The notes beneath the pieces are model-generated. The model made no database searches. It was not told where the DNA came from and saw only the letters and a list, made by a program, of their open reading frames with translations. From Octopus bimaculoides (taxonomy: Eukaryota), in NCBI RefSeq assembly GCF_001194135.2, contig NC_068982.1, forward strand, positions 127,601,667-127,663,813: a DNA stretch of 62,147 nt, given 5' to 3'. Within the stretch, counting starts at the first letter, position 1. Each line of letters begins with the position of its first letter. Both the position numbers and the translations under genes were made by a program. Of this stretch, positions 39,850-52,277 are shown piece after piece.

Positions 39850-41000
39850 TAGGATTTAAGATGGCCTCCTTCATCCAGTTGTAAACAATCCTTCAATTCT
39901 GTACAAAGTCCTAAACACGGTTTATTGAAAGAGTTTTCTCCAAAACGTTTTGCCATTGATTATCAATTTTCCTTTGTTGTTTCATGTCCACTTTTATATT
40001 CAATTTCATAACTTTTTTGTCTGAGCATTAGTTGAGTTCTATCCAGTCCTTGACCATCAACCCCATCAGTGAAGAACTTTTATGATAAACAATCTAAATA
40101 TGAGTGGGGCTTGCGGATGGTTGTATGTAAATGAAATTTCAAAAACCTCTTTTACTAAAATTGGTTTGGGCCCATGATCAAAAACTTGAATTTTGCTGAA
40201 TTTAAATTCTGACTTGTCTATCATTTTTGATGATCCCTTGGTTTCAGTAGTGGACAAAATTGCTTCATAATCTCAAATTCAGTTAACTGCCCATTGACTT
40301 TTAATAGGGATGTTTAATTGTATTTGTTATTATTAATGTAATATTTCCCTGGAAATGGATATTTGCTGTTTTTAAAGCTCTTATTTTCCAAGGCATTTTT
40401 CACCCATCACTTTTCTGATATTATCCACTGTTATTTTGGTCTAATCTGAATCTGCAATCTTTTCCCCAAATGACAATTTTTATGGTAAAGATTGCATTCC
40501 TTGAACAATTTTCACTTGTATGATTTGTGGTTTTGCATTCATAGCAATTTTGCTTTTGTTTCTTGCTCAATATTTAATTCTTTATCTGCATAGCCTCAAC
40601 CCCTAATTTCCAGTTACAGACTTTCTCCTGAGAAAATGTGAAGAACTTTCAGTGACTCTCTCAACTACCATAGCAATTTTCAATATTTTTTTCTACTATT
40701 GGGACTTTAAAATTACTTGTTGCACATATTTCATACATGTGCCCATAATCAATCTCTAATGACGATATAATCTGCATTGTTGATGCAGCAGTCTATCAAT
40801 TTCCATTTTAATTCTGCCACAGAATCAGCAATATTCATTCCATTCATTTGATAGCAACTCTAAAAATTATATTCCATCAACAGTATTTCTTTTCCCCTCA
40901 GAATGTGGTGTCATTTTTTCTATGACTTCAAAAAATTTATAATTTATATAATCTTTTGGCATCACCAGAGCATTAAGCATCATCCAATTTAAACATTTTA
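39850..41000 (-). mobile_element. Ty3/Gypsy LTR retrotransposon remnant (gag - CCHC knuckle - protease - start of RT), heavily decayed
   Basis: In order on the minus strand: gag-like SCYQMNGMNIADSVAELK...IRD; exact CX2CX4HX4C knuckle CYECKTTNHTSENC (40505-40546); protease-like GSSKMIDK...KDWIEL; LGLCTELK (39897-39914 for LGLCTE), typical just before Gypsy RT. Confidence 0.7.
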
Positions 41001-41642
41001 CCATCAGTTCCATTAATAAAATATTTTAATTTTATTTCTTCATTGGTAATTTTTGTTTCATTTGAAATAAGTCCCCTTTCTCATCACAAATCTTTCCAAT
41101 GATTTTCTCTCTATGACAACAAGTCAGACATTTACCATTCCCCAAAAAATAATCTGAACATTTTCATTCAGATATTCCTCCCTTCATTGTAATATTCTAA
41201 CTTTCAAATGGCTTTAAAGGCAAAAATCTTCTTTTAGAATGAAGAATTCTTCATCACAAATTTTTGTTGAAAATTCTTCATAATTCCCATATATTTTTAT
41301 TTTTTAACCCTCTATTTAGTAATAGAATTGGTATATTTTGTGGGAAGCAAACTTCGTACCACACAGCCTTGACTTCTGTGCCAGGAGAGACTTTTAAACG
41401 TGCATGGCTATTCCAGCATCTCACTCAACTGCTTGATTTTTCACAATGATATTGAATGTCTTGTGTTGCTTCCATAGATAAAGTGAAAATAGAAAAAAAA
41501 AATCTTGTCCTCATATTTAAAACATTTGAAGCTCGGCTGACTGGAGCAACATAACAGTAGAAACAACATAACAGCAGAAACACATATGTATAGGCAGATA
41601 GATTGTCTATAAACATGGAAAATATCAAGTATAACCCTTTAA

Positions 41643-41863
41643 CCCTTTAGCATTCGGATTATTCTGTCAAATGTAATGCTTATTTATTCACGCTGTTTTG
41701 AATTTATCTTGCATTATCTTGTAGCTTTGAGATTTCAATGATGTGGTTGTTTATGTTTAAAATGACATTCTATAGGTGTGAGAGACCAGATCTGACCAGT
41801 TTGAACAAGCATAAAGCAAGTAGAATGTTTTGGGTAGATATGGCTGGTTTATATGCTAAAGAA
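41643..41863. mobile_element. piggyBac-type MITE
   Basis: TTAA|CCCTTTAGCAT ... ATGCTAAAGAA|TTAA. A partial copy of the same family is at ~26630-26820. Confidence 0.7.
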
Positions 41864-42379
41864 TTAAACAAAAGATTTAGGAAGATAGCTTTCCAGTAGC
41901 AGATCCTTGAAATAATATAGTTATATTTTTGAAAGCTTTTATTAGCCATTTTCTTTATGAAAGGAATATGGCAGTAGTGAAAGACCTGACGGAAGTAGTA
42001 GAATGTCAGACTAAGCGCTATATAGTATTCACTTTCAAGTCTCTAAGCTTTGTGTTCAAATCTTGCTAGGATTAGCTAGAACAAATCTTCCTCATCATGA
42101 CCAATTAATTCTATGAATGTTCTTATTTCAGTTTTAATACTTTGAATGGGAAGAAAAGTTCTCTGGTGATGAAAAACAACATCAATCAAATAGTCACATA
42201 CAAATCCGTCAGAATGTATAAAGAATAAATTGAGTCATTATTGTTTGTATTCTTGGCGATTTACATGATAGATAGATAGACAGACAGACAGACAGATAGA
42301 TAGATAGATAGATACATAGATACATAGATAGATAGATAGATAGACAGAGAAAGTGACAGACAGACAGATAGATAGACAC

Positions 42380-42613
42380 AAGGTGGTGAGGTAGTAGAAA
42401 CGTTAGCACACCAGGCGAAATGTTTAGCAGTATTTCGTCTGCCATTACGTTCTGAGTTCAAATTCCGCCGAGGTCAAATTTGCTTTTCATCCTTTCGAGG
42501 TCGATAAATTAAGTACCAGTTACGCACTGGGGTCGATGTAATCGACTTAATCCCTTTGTCTGTCCTTCTTTGTCCCCTCTATGTTTAGCCCCTTGTGTGC
42601 AATAAATAAATAA
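42380..42613 (+). mobile_element. Family-A SINE, near full length
   Basis: Head with A/B boxes, body and AATAAATAAATAAG tail; embedded in (GATA)n. Confidence 0.9.
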
Positions 42614-43020
42614 GATAGATTGATAGACAGACAGACAGATGGATGGATAGATGGGCAGACAGACAGAGATAGAGAGAGGGGAAGAGGAGAAAGAGAGATA
42701 AGATGTGTCTGAATAGATTGCTATGGTGTGGGACACTTCTTTAGAATGCTGTTAAGACTTAGATAATCTCTAGTTTTCTTCCATAGATTTTTAATTTCTT
42801 CCCGTAATAATGTTGTATACAACTTGAGATGTTTGCCTTGCCTTAATGTTTGCTGTCCTGTTTAACAATTATATATCCACTGCATTGGAAATCTGCAAAG
42901 GCTCCATAACTACCCTCTCAGTTATAACCTTGGAGCCCCAGTAATCCATTACAGCACTTACCTAGCATACCTATTCGTTTAGATCATCTGTGAACTAAAC
43001 CCCAATACTTTGTATATATA

Positions 43021-43166
43021 GGCGTAGGAGTGGCTGTGTGGTAAGTAGCTTGATTTCCAACCACATGGTTCTGGGTTCAGTCCCACTGCGTGGCACCTTG
43101 GGCACGACCAAAGCCTTGTGAGTGGATTTGGTAAACGGAAACTGAAAGAAGCCCGTCGTATATATG

Positions 43167-43198
<32 letters not shown>

Positions 43199-43321
43199 NN
43201 NNNNNNNNGACCGATAGAATAAGTACTAGGTTTACAAAGAATAAGTCCCGGGGTCGATTTGCTCGACTAAAGGCGGTGCTCCAGCATAGCCACAGTCAAA
43301 TGACTGAAACAAGTAAAAGAG

Positions 43322-43325
<4 letters not shown>
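43021..43325 (+). mobile_element. Family-B SINE with internal deletion and a 10-N gap
   Basis: GGCGTAGGAGTGGCTGTGTGGTAAG head, GGGTTCAGTCCC B-box, tail GACTGAAACAAGTAAAAGA. Confidence 0.85.
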
Positions 43326-43360
<35 letters not shown>

Positions 43361-43489
43361 TATGGGAGGTATTGGTGTCAGATAATGGTGAATAAGTGCT
43401 ATGGACAGACCATAGTTAAGCTCTAGGTACGATAATGATGCAAATGAGGAGTCCAACGTAGGTCATGTATTAGTATGCATATATATAAA

Positions 43490-43783
43490 AATTAACAGAA
43501 TGAGATTAAAAAATCCAAGGCTGTGAATAGTTATCAGAACATCTATAAAGAGAAGGTCTTACAGCTGTTTCCAGGATATTTTATATATCCCTTCATCATT
43601 CCTCCACTTCACTTTGCATTTCCTATCTTCTCTATAATAACTATTTACTTAAACTTTTTCTCACACTGTCTCTAATGAAGGGATATATAAAATATCCGGA
43701 AACAGCTGTAAGACCTTCTCTTTATAAATATTCTGAAAACTATTCACAGCCTTGGATTTTTTTTTTATCTCACTCTGTTAATT
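43490..43783. ncRNA. Inverted repeat (~110-bp arms) whose arms each carry a minimal hammerhead-ribozyme-like motif (Penelope-like pLTR remnant)
   Basis: Arms at 43490-43598 and 43673-43783. Plus copy 43668-43714 reads GUCU-CUAAUGA-A-GGGAUA..UAUCCG-GAAAC-AGCU-GUA-AGAC. Minus copy reads AUGAUGA-A-GGGAUA..UAUCCUG-GAAAC-AGCU-GUA-AGAC. Confidence 0.7.
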
Positions 43784-46700
43784 CATATATTTTAATATTA
43801 TTATTTTAATATTTATTACTTTGTACTTTTTTTATTTTTATTATAGGTCTTTTTAGTGTATTTACTTATTAAATTTTTCTATATGTGATTGCGGATTTTC
43901 ATGGATGAATTCAATAATTGTTGTTTTTTTTCTCTAAATTATATATTTATATATTATATATTGTGAAATTTAATTTAATTTTAATTTTTATAAGTTAAAT
44001 TGAATTTTCTCCTGTAAATTTGAATTTGTATCCCTAATATCATTATCATTNNNNNNNNNNNNNNNNNNNNNNNNNNNNNNNNNNNNNNNNNNNNNNNNNN
44101 NNNNNNNNNNNNNNNNNNNNNNNATATATATATATGTGTGTGTGTGTGTAATGTATATCTCTGTGTGTCTTTGTGTCCATGTTTATTCTCCACTACTGCT
44201 TGACAACCAACCAGTGTGTGTGTGTGTGTGTTTACTTCCACATAACTTAGCTGTTTAGCAAAGGTGACCAATAGAATAAGTACCAGGCTTAACAAAAATT
44301 TAAGTCCTGGGGTTGATTCAGTCATCTAGACCCTTTAGGATGATGTCCCAGCTTGGCTGCAGTCTAATGACTGGAACAGGTAAAAGGTCAAAAGTAAAAT
44401 GACCAAGATTACATTGCTTAGGTTATTAATAAAAGAAATTATAAATGAATAAAATAGTCATTTAGAATCTTTAAGTTGAAGATATATGTTAATTATATTC
44501 TTTGAAATATATTTCCTTTCTTTTGTCATAATCAAATTTTTCCTATAGGAATATTATACTTATAGGAATATATAATTTAATTGCTTTTATTAACATGAAC
44601 ATAATAAAATTTTCCTAAGTCGAGGCTGATATAATCATGTTAAAGGTCCTTAATGTTAAGGTATAGGAGTTGACATAAATAGACTGTGCCATAAATAGAC
44701 TGTACCTTTCACATCATAAAATGTCAGTAATAATCATCTTAATTTTCCCTCTACTTACTTTTGTCATTTTTATTATGTGACAACAATATCAAAGACATAA
44801 TAAGAGCTGACATTTTGTGTTTTCTTATGATATTACACAGACATTTTAAATACATTTTGTTAGACTATCAGTCGGATGATTAAGTTAGTTAGCCAGCCAG
44901 GAAAAACAGAGATAGATACCATTTATTCACTAGTGTTGCTGCTGTTGTTGCTGTTGTTCTTGTTCTTGTTGTATGGCTATGACTACTGCTGCTGCAAGTA
45001 GATAGACATGATAATATATAATAGATCAGAAATGACTAATAGCCAACCTGGTTTTATGCTATGCTACACTTTCTGTCATGTTATATTTGGTTGAAAGAGG
45101 TACAATGTTACAATTATGGTTTGATGAAATCATTTTGACTTCATTCCTCTTCTTATATCTCAATGTTTGATAATAACTACAGTGGAGGCAGGTGTGATTA
45201 AATATTCATTTGCTGTAGAATAACCAGGATTCTTCAGAATTTATTAGAGAAATTACAATCACTGAGTAGTTGAAAGTTTAGTTTCTTAGCCAAAGAGTAG
45301 TAAATTCATTTGCTATCCCTGACACCTTCTGACCTGCACAAATCTAAATACAGAGCAAAAGAGAAAAGCAAAAGAATGCTTCTGTATCAAAGCACCGAGC
45401 TAACAGCTAACAGGAAATTAATGAGTAGTTTGATGGTTTACAGTACTGATATTGAAACTTCTCACGTGAATATAAATACATTTTGTGGAGGGTGTTAATC
45501 TAGTTTAGACAATTGGATGCAGTTGACTATTTTTGTGTGTACCGGTATTTTGTATTAATCCAAGTCTGAAAAGAGAGAGAGTGTGTTTTGGACAAATTTC
45601 GTAGGAAATGTTTTATGTGTTACTGATAGCTTAAGGTGTTTATGTATGTTTGGAGTTTTTGATTACATGAGCTGTGGAGTTTGAAACAGGCCATAAATAT
45701 CATGCTTTATCATTGCTTAATAAAAGTTCATACCTAAATACTTAGTTCTTCTTGTGGTACAATCACATAGTCAATTGTTTGCGTCTAAGTGAAATATTTA
45801 TTGCCAGTGCAGACAACTGCTAGTCTCCTTAAATTATGGTGATTATATTTAATTTTGGTCAGCTTGGATGCATTGCATATGTAATAGGTTCGTGTATGTG
45901 TGTTTGTATGTATATGTCTATATGCTTGTGTTTGTATATCTTTGTGTGTCTGTGCACTTGTCTACATATGTATATGTATTATGATATGACTATGTCTATG
46001 TGTTATGGTATGTCTGTGTGTATACAAGCTACAATATACTTGTATGTATATGTCTTAGAATATATGTTACACAATACAGTATAAACTGTGTGTCTAAAGG
46101 AGTGTGGCCTGGTAGTTATGGTGCTCATCTCATAATCATATGATTGTGAGTTCAGTTCCTGGACTGTGCAGCACCTTGTGCCCTCGGGCAAGACTCTTCA
46201 TTTATTTCACATTGCCCAGTCTACTCAGCTGTAAATGAATACCAGTCACATGCTGGTGCAGCCCTTTCCCCTTCTCCCTCCAGCTGTTGCATCCTGAATG
46301 TTCTGCTGGGCCAAAAGTAATCAGGGCTACCAAACAATACACACTTGCATGTGATATATGGCCATACTGTACACACGACAGTGTGTCTATTTGTGATTCT
46401 GCATGTCTGTATGTGTGTATGAGTTAAATATTACGATATATCCGTGTTTCTATGCATTACAATATGAATAATAGTATTCAGTATTGTTGTACTTTGTTTT
46501 CAGTTGGCAAACACTAGAAACACAAGTATTGTTACAATAATCCTTCATGGAATTTATTGATGGACATGGTATGTTGAATAGTTTAGATATATTTCATTTC
46601 TATTGTAACTTCTTTTCACCATGAAGGACATAGTAAATAAGAAGTAGCATGGGAGTATATCAGGAGAACAGAAGGAATGATAAATGTCAAGTTTACCTAA

Positions 46701-46809
46701 AGAGGCTTACTATGGATTGCTGAAGAACTAAAGCAAGAAAATAAAGAGATGAAAGATATATGAGATAACAAGAGAGGGTATTCTAGAACATTTGAAAGAC
46801 ATTAGAAAT

Positions 46810-47290
46810 GTGTGTGTGTGGTTAAGAAGCTTGTTTTGCAACCACATGGTCTCAGGTTCAGTCTCACTCGACAGCACCTTGGGCAAGTTTCTTCTACTAT
46901 AGCCCCAGGAGGACCAATGCTTGTTGAATGAATTTTGTCAACGGAAGGTGTGTTGACGCTCATCGTATATGTGTGTGTGCGTGCGTGCATGCATGTGTGT
47001 GTGCATGCGTGCGTGCATGCATGTGTGTGTGTGTGCGTGCGTGCGTGCATGCATGTGTGTGTGTGCGCGTGCATGCGTGCATGCATGTGTGTGTGTGTGC
47101 ATGCATGTTTTAAATACTCCACCCTTCCAGTGCTTGGCAACTGGTGTTGGTTTGTTTACATCCATGTAACTTAGTGATTAGGCAAAATAACTGGTAGAAT
47201 AAGTGGTACACTTAACAAATAAGTACTGAGATGATTTGTTTGACAAAACCCTTCAAAGCTGCAGTCCAATGACTGAAGCAAGTAAAAGAT
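46810..47290 (+). mobile_element. Family-B SINE with expanded internal (TG/TGCA/TGCG)n
   Basis: Head GTGGTTAAGAAGCTTG...GGTTCAGTCTC, CORE-like CACCTTGGGCAAG, tail GACTGAAGCAAGTAAAAGATA. Confidence 0.8.
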
Positions 47291-47384
47291 AAAAGATAAA
47301 AGATTGACAATGTTTTAGCTCCTAATTTTCAGTAGATAGGAAGAGGGTGTAGAGCTAAAAGATGTATCTGAATGAATTTTCATC

Positions 47385-47925
47385 ATCATCATCATCATCA
47401 TCGTTTAACGTCCGCTTTCCATGCTAGCATGGGTTGGACGATTTGACTGAGGACTGGTGAACCAGATGGCTGCACCAAGCTCTAATCTGACCTGGCAGAG
47501 ATTCTACAGCTGGATGCCCTTCCTAACGCCAACCACTCCGAGAGTGTAGTGGGTGCTTTTACGTGCCACCAGCACGAGGACCAGTCAGGCAGTACTGGTA
47601 ACAGCCACGCTCAAAATGGTGTTTTTTACATGCCACCTGCACAGGAGCCAGTCCAGTGGCACTGGCAACAACCTGGCTCAAATGTCTTCTAACGTGCCAC
47701 CGGCACAAGTGCCAGAAGGGCAATGCTGGTAACGATCACGCTCAAATGGTGCTATTTACATGCCACTGGCATGGAAGTCAGACAGCTGCTCTGGCAATGA
47801 TCCCGCTCGGACGGTGCTGTTAGTGCTCCACTGGCACAGGTGCCAGTTATCGAATATGGTTCAATTACGATTTCAATTTCACTTGCCCCAACAGGTCTTC
47901 GCAAGCAGAGTTTAGTGTCCAATGA
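47385..47925 (-). mobile_element. Family-C (GAT)n-tailed retroposon, longest copy, with ~4.5 internal 65-bp units
   Basis: (CAT)n at 47385-47403, conserved 3' body, unit array at 47552-47847, and an upstream CORE-like TTGGGGCAAGTG on the minus strand. Confidence 0.88.
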
Positions 47926-48170
47926 AGTAAAGATACGATTAATTATATAATTTTATCATTATCTTTGTCATTCTACCTATTCGGTCATTGAACTACAACA
48001 TGTTGGAGCACATCACTTAAAAGTCTTAGTCAATCATGTTTGCCCCCCACCCGACAGTTATCCCAGTATGGTTTCATTTTATCAGTCCGTATTTGTCAGA
48101 CAAATTAGTTAAGTAACAATTTGATATAAAGAAACACAAATATAGATATGAACCCAGATGTATATACCCA

Positions 48171-48404
48171 AAGGCAGCGAGCTGGCAGAAACGTTAGCAC
48201 AGTGGGCGAAATACTTAAGTGGTATTTCGTCTGCCGCTACGTTCTGAGTTCAAATTCCGCTGAGGTCGACTTTGCCTTTTATCCTTTCGGGATCGATAAA
48301 TTAAGTACCAGTTATGCACTGGAATTGATGTAATCGACTTAGTCCCTTTGTCTGTCCTTGTTTGTCCCCTCTATGTTTAACCCATTGTGGGCAATAAGGA
48401 AATA
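48171..48404 (+). mobile_element. Full-length family-A SINE with 15-bp TSD
   Basis: TSD AGATGTATATACCCA at 48156-48170 and 48405-48419; intact A/B boxes. Confidence 0.93.
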
Positions 48405-48477
48405 AGATGTATATACCCACATGCAAAGAGAGAGGGAGACAAATAGATAGATAAATATATGGAGACAGACATACAAG

Positions 48478-48665
48478 CTGATAGATAGATAGATAGATAG
48501 GCAGGCAGGTAGGTAGGTAAGTAGGTAGGTAGGTAGGTAGGTAAGTAGGTAGGTAGGTAGGTAGGTCGGTCGGTCGGTCAGTCGGTCGGTAGGTTGGTCG
48601 GTCGGTCAGTCGGTAGGTAGGCAGGTGAGTAGGTAGGTAGGTAGGTGGATGGCTAGATAGCTAGG

Positions 48666-48730
<65 letters not shown>
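48478..48730. repeat. Compound tetranucleotide microsatellite (GATA)-(GGCA)-(GGTA)-(GGTC)-(GGTA)-(GATA)
   Basis: Read directly from the sequence. Confidence 0.95.
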
Positions 48731-48731
<1 letters not shown>

Positions 48732-49761
48732 TTCGATGAGTGAGCTATGTTATGTAATAAGGAAAATGTTTCATTTAATTCTTAATTTAAGCTTGGGATA
48801 AACTACCCAAGTTGGAATTTAGCTGTCAGGATATTGCATCCTTTGAAAATTCCATGCTTCTTGAAATTCACTAGTGTTACTCCCCATGTACCTGTGCACC
48901 TTTTCCTCCTTATAGCTCTTTTACAGTTCACTTTTCTGTATTTTTATTCTGTGTAGTGGATAAGTACTTTTGGCTTTGATAGTTGTCTTTCTTTATTTGA
49001 CTTATTGTTGCTTTCTGTTCCTCCTTTTACCTTTTACGAATGAGTTAAAGTACACTTGAGCCCTGTAGACAATAAACTCATTGTTATTCTACATATTTTA
49101 CATTGAGTGGTAGGTAGTCTCACACAAAATACTGAAGTTATTAATAGAGCAGCATAGCCAAGCATAGACTCTTTAATCATCAAAGTTGTCTCTGTTGGTC
49201 TTATTCATGTAAATTATTCATGACTTTTGAAACAAATGTTCTACAGAGAATTATAGGATTCTAAATGCAATGCTTCAAAACTAGAGCTCAGATATAAGGA
49301 CTGCTTCAAATTCATCTATGAGAAGTGTCAAATTTCTTTGGATCAATGCATTTGTTTTGCAGGAAAGAGAAATATGGAGAGAGAGTACAGCTATAGAAAT
49401 TCAAACTATGGAAAACATAACTTTTAGTATTCCACATAGAAGGTTTCTGTCTGAAATGAAAAGCAGATTGTTCTACCTTGTGCGACACTTTAATAAATAT
49501 ACATTGTGTAAATTAGAGTTTTCTAATTGCTTGGTGATCACTAAAGCCATTTGCATACATACATACATATACATATATATATATATATANNNNNNNNNNN
49601 NNNNNNNNNNNNNNNNNNNNNNNNNNNNNNNNNNNNNNNNNNNNNNNNNNNNNNNNNNNNNNNNNNNNNNNNNNNNNNNNNNNNNNNNNNNNNNNNNNNN
49701 NNNNNNNNNNNNNNNNNNNNNNNNNNNNNNNNNNNNNNNNNNNNNNNNNNNNNNNNNNTAT

Positions 49762-50107
49762 ATATTACCAGCGTTGCCTTACTGGCACTTGAGCCGGTGG
49801 CACGTGAAAAAACATTCGAGCGAGGTTGTTGCCAGTGCTGCTGGACTGACTCCTGTGCAGGTGGCACGTAAAAAACACCACTTGAGCATGGCTGTTGCCA
49901 GTACTGCCTGACTGGCCCTTGTGCCAGTGGCATGTAAAAGTACCCACCACATTCTCAGAGTGGTTGGCATTAGGAAGGGCATCCAACTGTAGAAACTCTG
50001 CCAGATCAGATTGGAGACTGGCGCAGCCATATGGTTTGCCAGTCCTCAGTCAAATCATTCAACCCATGCTAGCATGGAAAGCGGACGTTAAACGTTGATG
50101 ATGAGGA

Positions 50108-50110
<3 letters not shown>
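49762..50110 (+). mobile_element. Family-C (GAT)n-tailed retroposon with 3 internal units, flanked by (TA)n
   Basis: Units end GGTGGCACGT(G/A)AAAA..CA(CC/TT); 3' body GGTTGGCATTAGGAAGGGCATCC...GCGGACGTTAAACG(GAT)n. Confidence 0.88.
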
Positions 50111-50145
<35 letters not shown>

Positions 50146-50336
50146 TATATAATATATAATATTTATGCAATGATATATGCATAAATCAGTAAACATACAA
50201 GCCATTTGCAAGCTGTTAGTTCTTTGTGTACATGGAACTAAATAACTTTTGTGTAGCTGCTTTGGAATTTAACCTAGTTAAGGAATAAAAAGAAAACACA
50301 GGATTTGAAATGATTTTAAAAAACTGTCTCTCTATC

Positions 50337-50386
<50 letters not shown>

Positions 50387-52237
50387 CCTATCTACCTATC
50401 TATCTACTTATCTATCTATCTATCTACCTATCCGTATCTAACATTACTTAAACAACACTGCTTATTAATGACCCTCATCGATCGACTTGATGATATTTGT
50501 CCTAGATTTACTGGGCATACACAGCCATCCAGGTTACCTGATAATGTCCAACTGACTTCTGAAAATGTTTCTCTTGGTCACAAATGACACACCCCTGCCA
50601 GAGACCTCCATCGCTTTCCTAAACCTGAATACAAAGTACAAGGCCACAATTTCTAAGTCACTATGGCTGATGTCATGAGTATGGCATGTATTTTGGTTTC
50701 CTCTGTCACATTGGAATCTGTCATACTTTTGCTGTTGATACATCTCAGATAGGAGAAACTTAAAATAACTTCAAATATGGTGAATGACCTAACATAACAT
50801 TATGTTAGTTGCTTCCATTCGGAGCCTCTTAAAGTTTGCTCACAAATACCGTTGCATAACTCATATGTTTACTGATTTATGCATTTATCTTTGCATAAAT
50901 ATTATACATATAATATATATAGGTACCCCTTTGTTATATATATATATATATATATATAATTATAAGGGAAAGAGGAGAGAGCAAAGGAGAAAGACAAACA
51001 CTGACATAGATAGATAGATACACACATACATGAATATGCATGTGTGTATGTATATATATATAATGTGTGTGTGTATTGCATGCATTATATGTATATTATA
51101 TATNNNNNNNNNNNNNNNNNNNNNNNNNNNNNNNNNNNNNNNNNNNNNNNNNNNNNNNNNNNNNNNNNNNNNNNNNNNNNNNNNNNNNNNNNNNNNNNNN
51201 NNNNNNNNNNNNNNNNNNNNNNNNNNNNNNNNNNNNNNNNNNNNNNTATATATATATATATATATATGATAGATGCAAAGGGTAACAGCCAAAGAGAAAA
51301 TTAAAATATTTCTATTCGCCAGTTTTACTTTGCCTTCTTTTCTTTCTCCTCATCTGTCTTCCCAACTCTCATCTTCTTCTCTCTCCCCCTCTACCTCTCC
51401 CTATCTCTCTCCCTCTCCCTATCTCTCTCCCTCTTTCTGTCCCTCCCTCTATATCTTTCTGTCCAGCTCTCTGTTTCTTTCATTCTTTCTAGTATGAGTG
51501 AGTGTGTGGTGCATGTGTGTACATGTGTGCATGCAAATGCATGTGCGAATGCATGTGAAACTATGTGCATCTCTGTCCCATGTGTGTGTATGTCTGTGTA
51601 CATGTGTGTGTGTGTGTGTGTGTGTGGACTCTATACGTGTGTGTGTGTGTGCATCCATATGTATGGGTATGAGAGCATGCATCACATGTGAATGCATGTG
51701 AAACTGTTTGTGTCTCCATGACTGTAGGTACGTGAGCCTGAGCGTGAATGTGTATATATGTGTTTGTATTCATGTGATTGTGTCTCCAATTCTCTGTGTG
51801 AGAATGTGCATGTCAGTGTGTGCAGTTGTCATTCTGTACCCCTTTTTCTTCACACTGGCAATTCCTGATAAAATTCTTTTTTTTTTTTGCAAACTAATCT
51901 CTTTTATTTTATTATTGGTTTCAGCCATTCAGCTATGGCCATGGAGGAGCAAAGACTTTTTTTTTTCTTGTACAACATACAAAGAAACAAAATTTAATAT
52001 ATCAGTAAGGTTTGTAAGCATTGAAACTGCTAAAGAGATTCGAAGCCTCCTACATAACCCTTTTTACATTTATTATTCAAATGTAAAGGAGAATTTTTTT
52101 TTTTTTTCCTTTATTCCTCTTTAGCAGTTTCCTTCTGCATTGATCGTATGTAAAATGATAAAAATGTTGTAAATCGACAATGCATTCATATTTACATACA
52201 TACACCATATATACATACACACATACATATATATACA

Positions 52238-52277
<40 letters not shown>

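Noticed and set aside
47552-47847. HDV-like, pistol or twister ribozyme, or CRISPR array, interpretation of the 65-bp units
   Set aside because: UCCUCGU resembles the HDV L3 loop, but there is no correctly placed P1'/GG/P4/J4-2. The P1 loop is too short for pistol and twister core sequences are absent. Units lack constant repeat plus unique spacer structure, and no cas genes are present.
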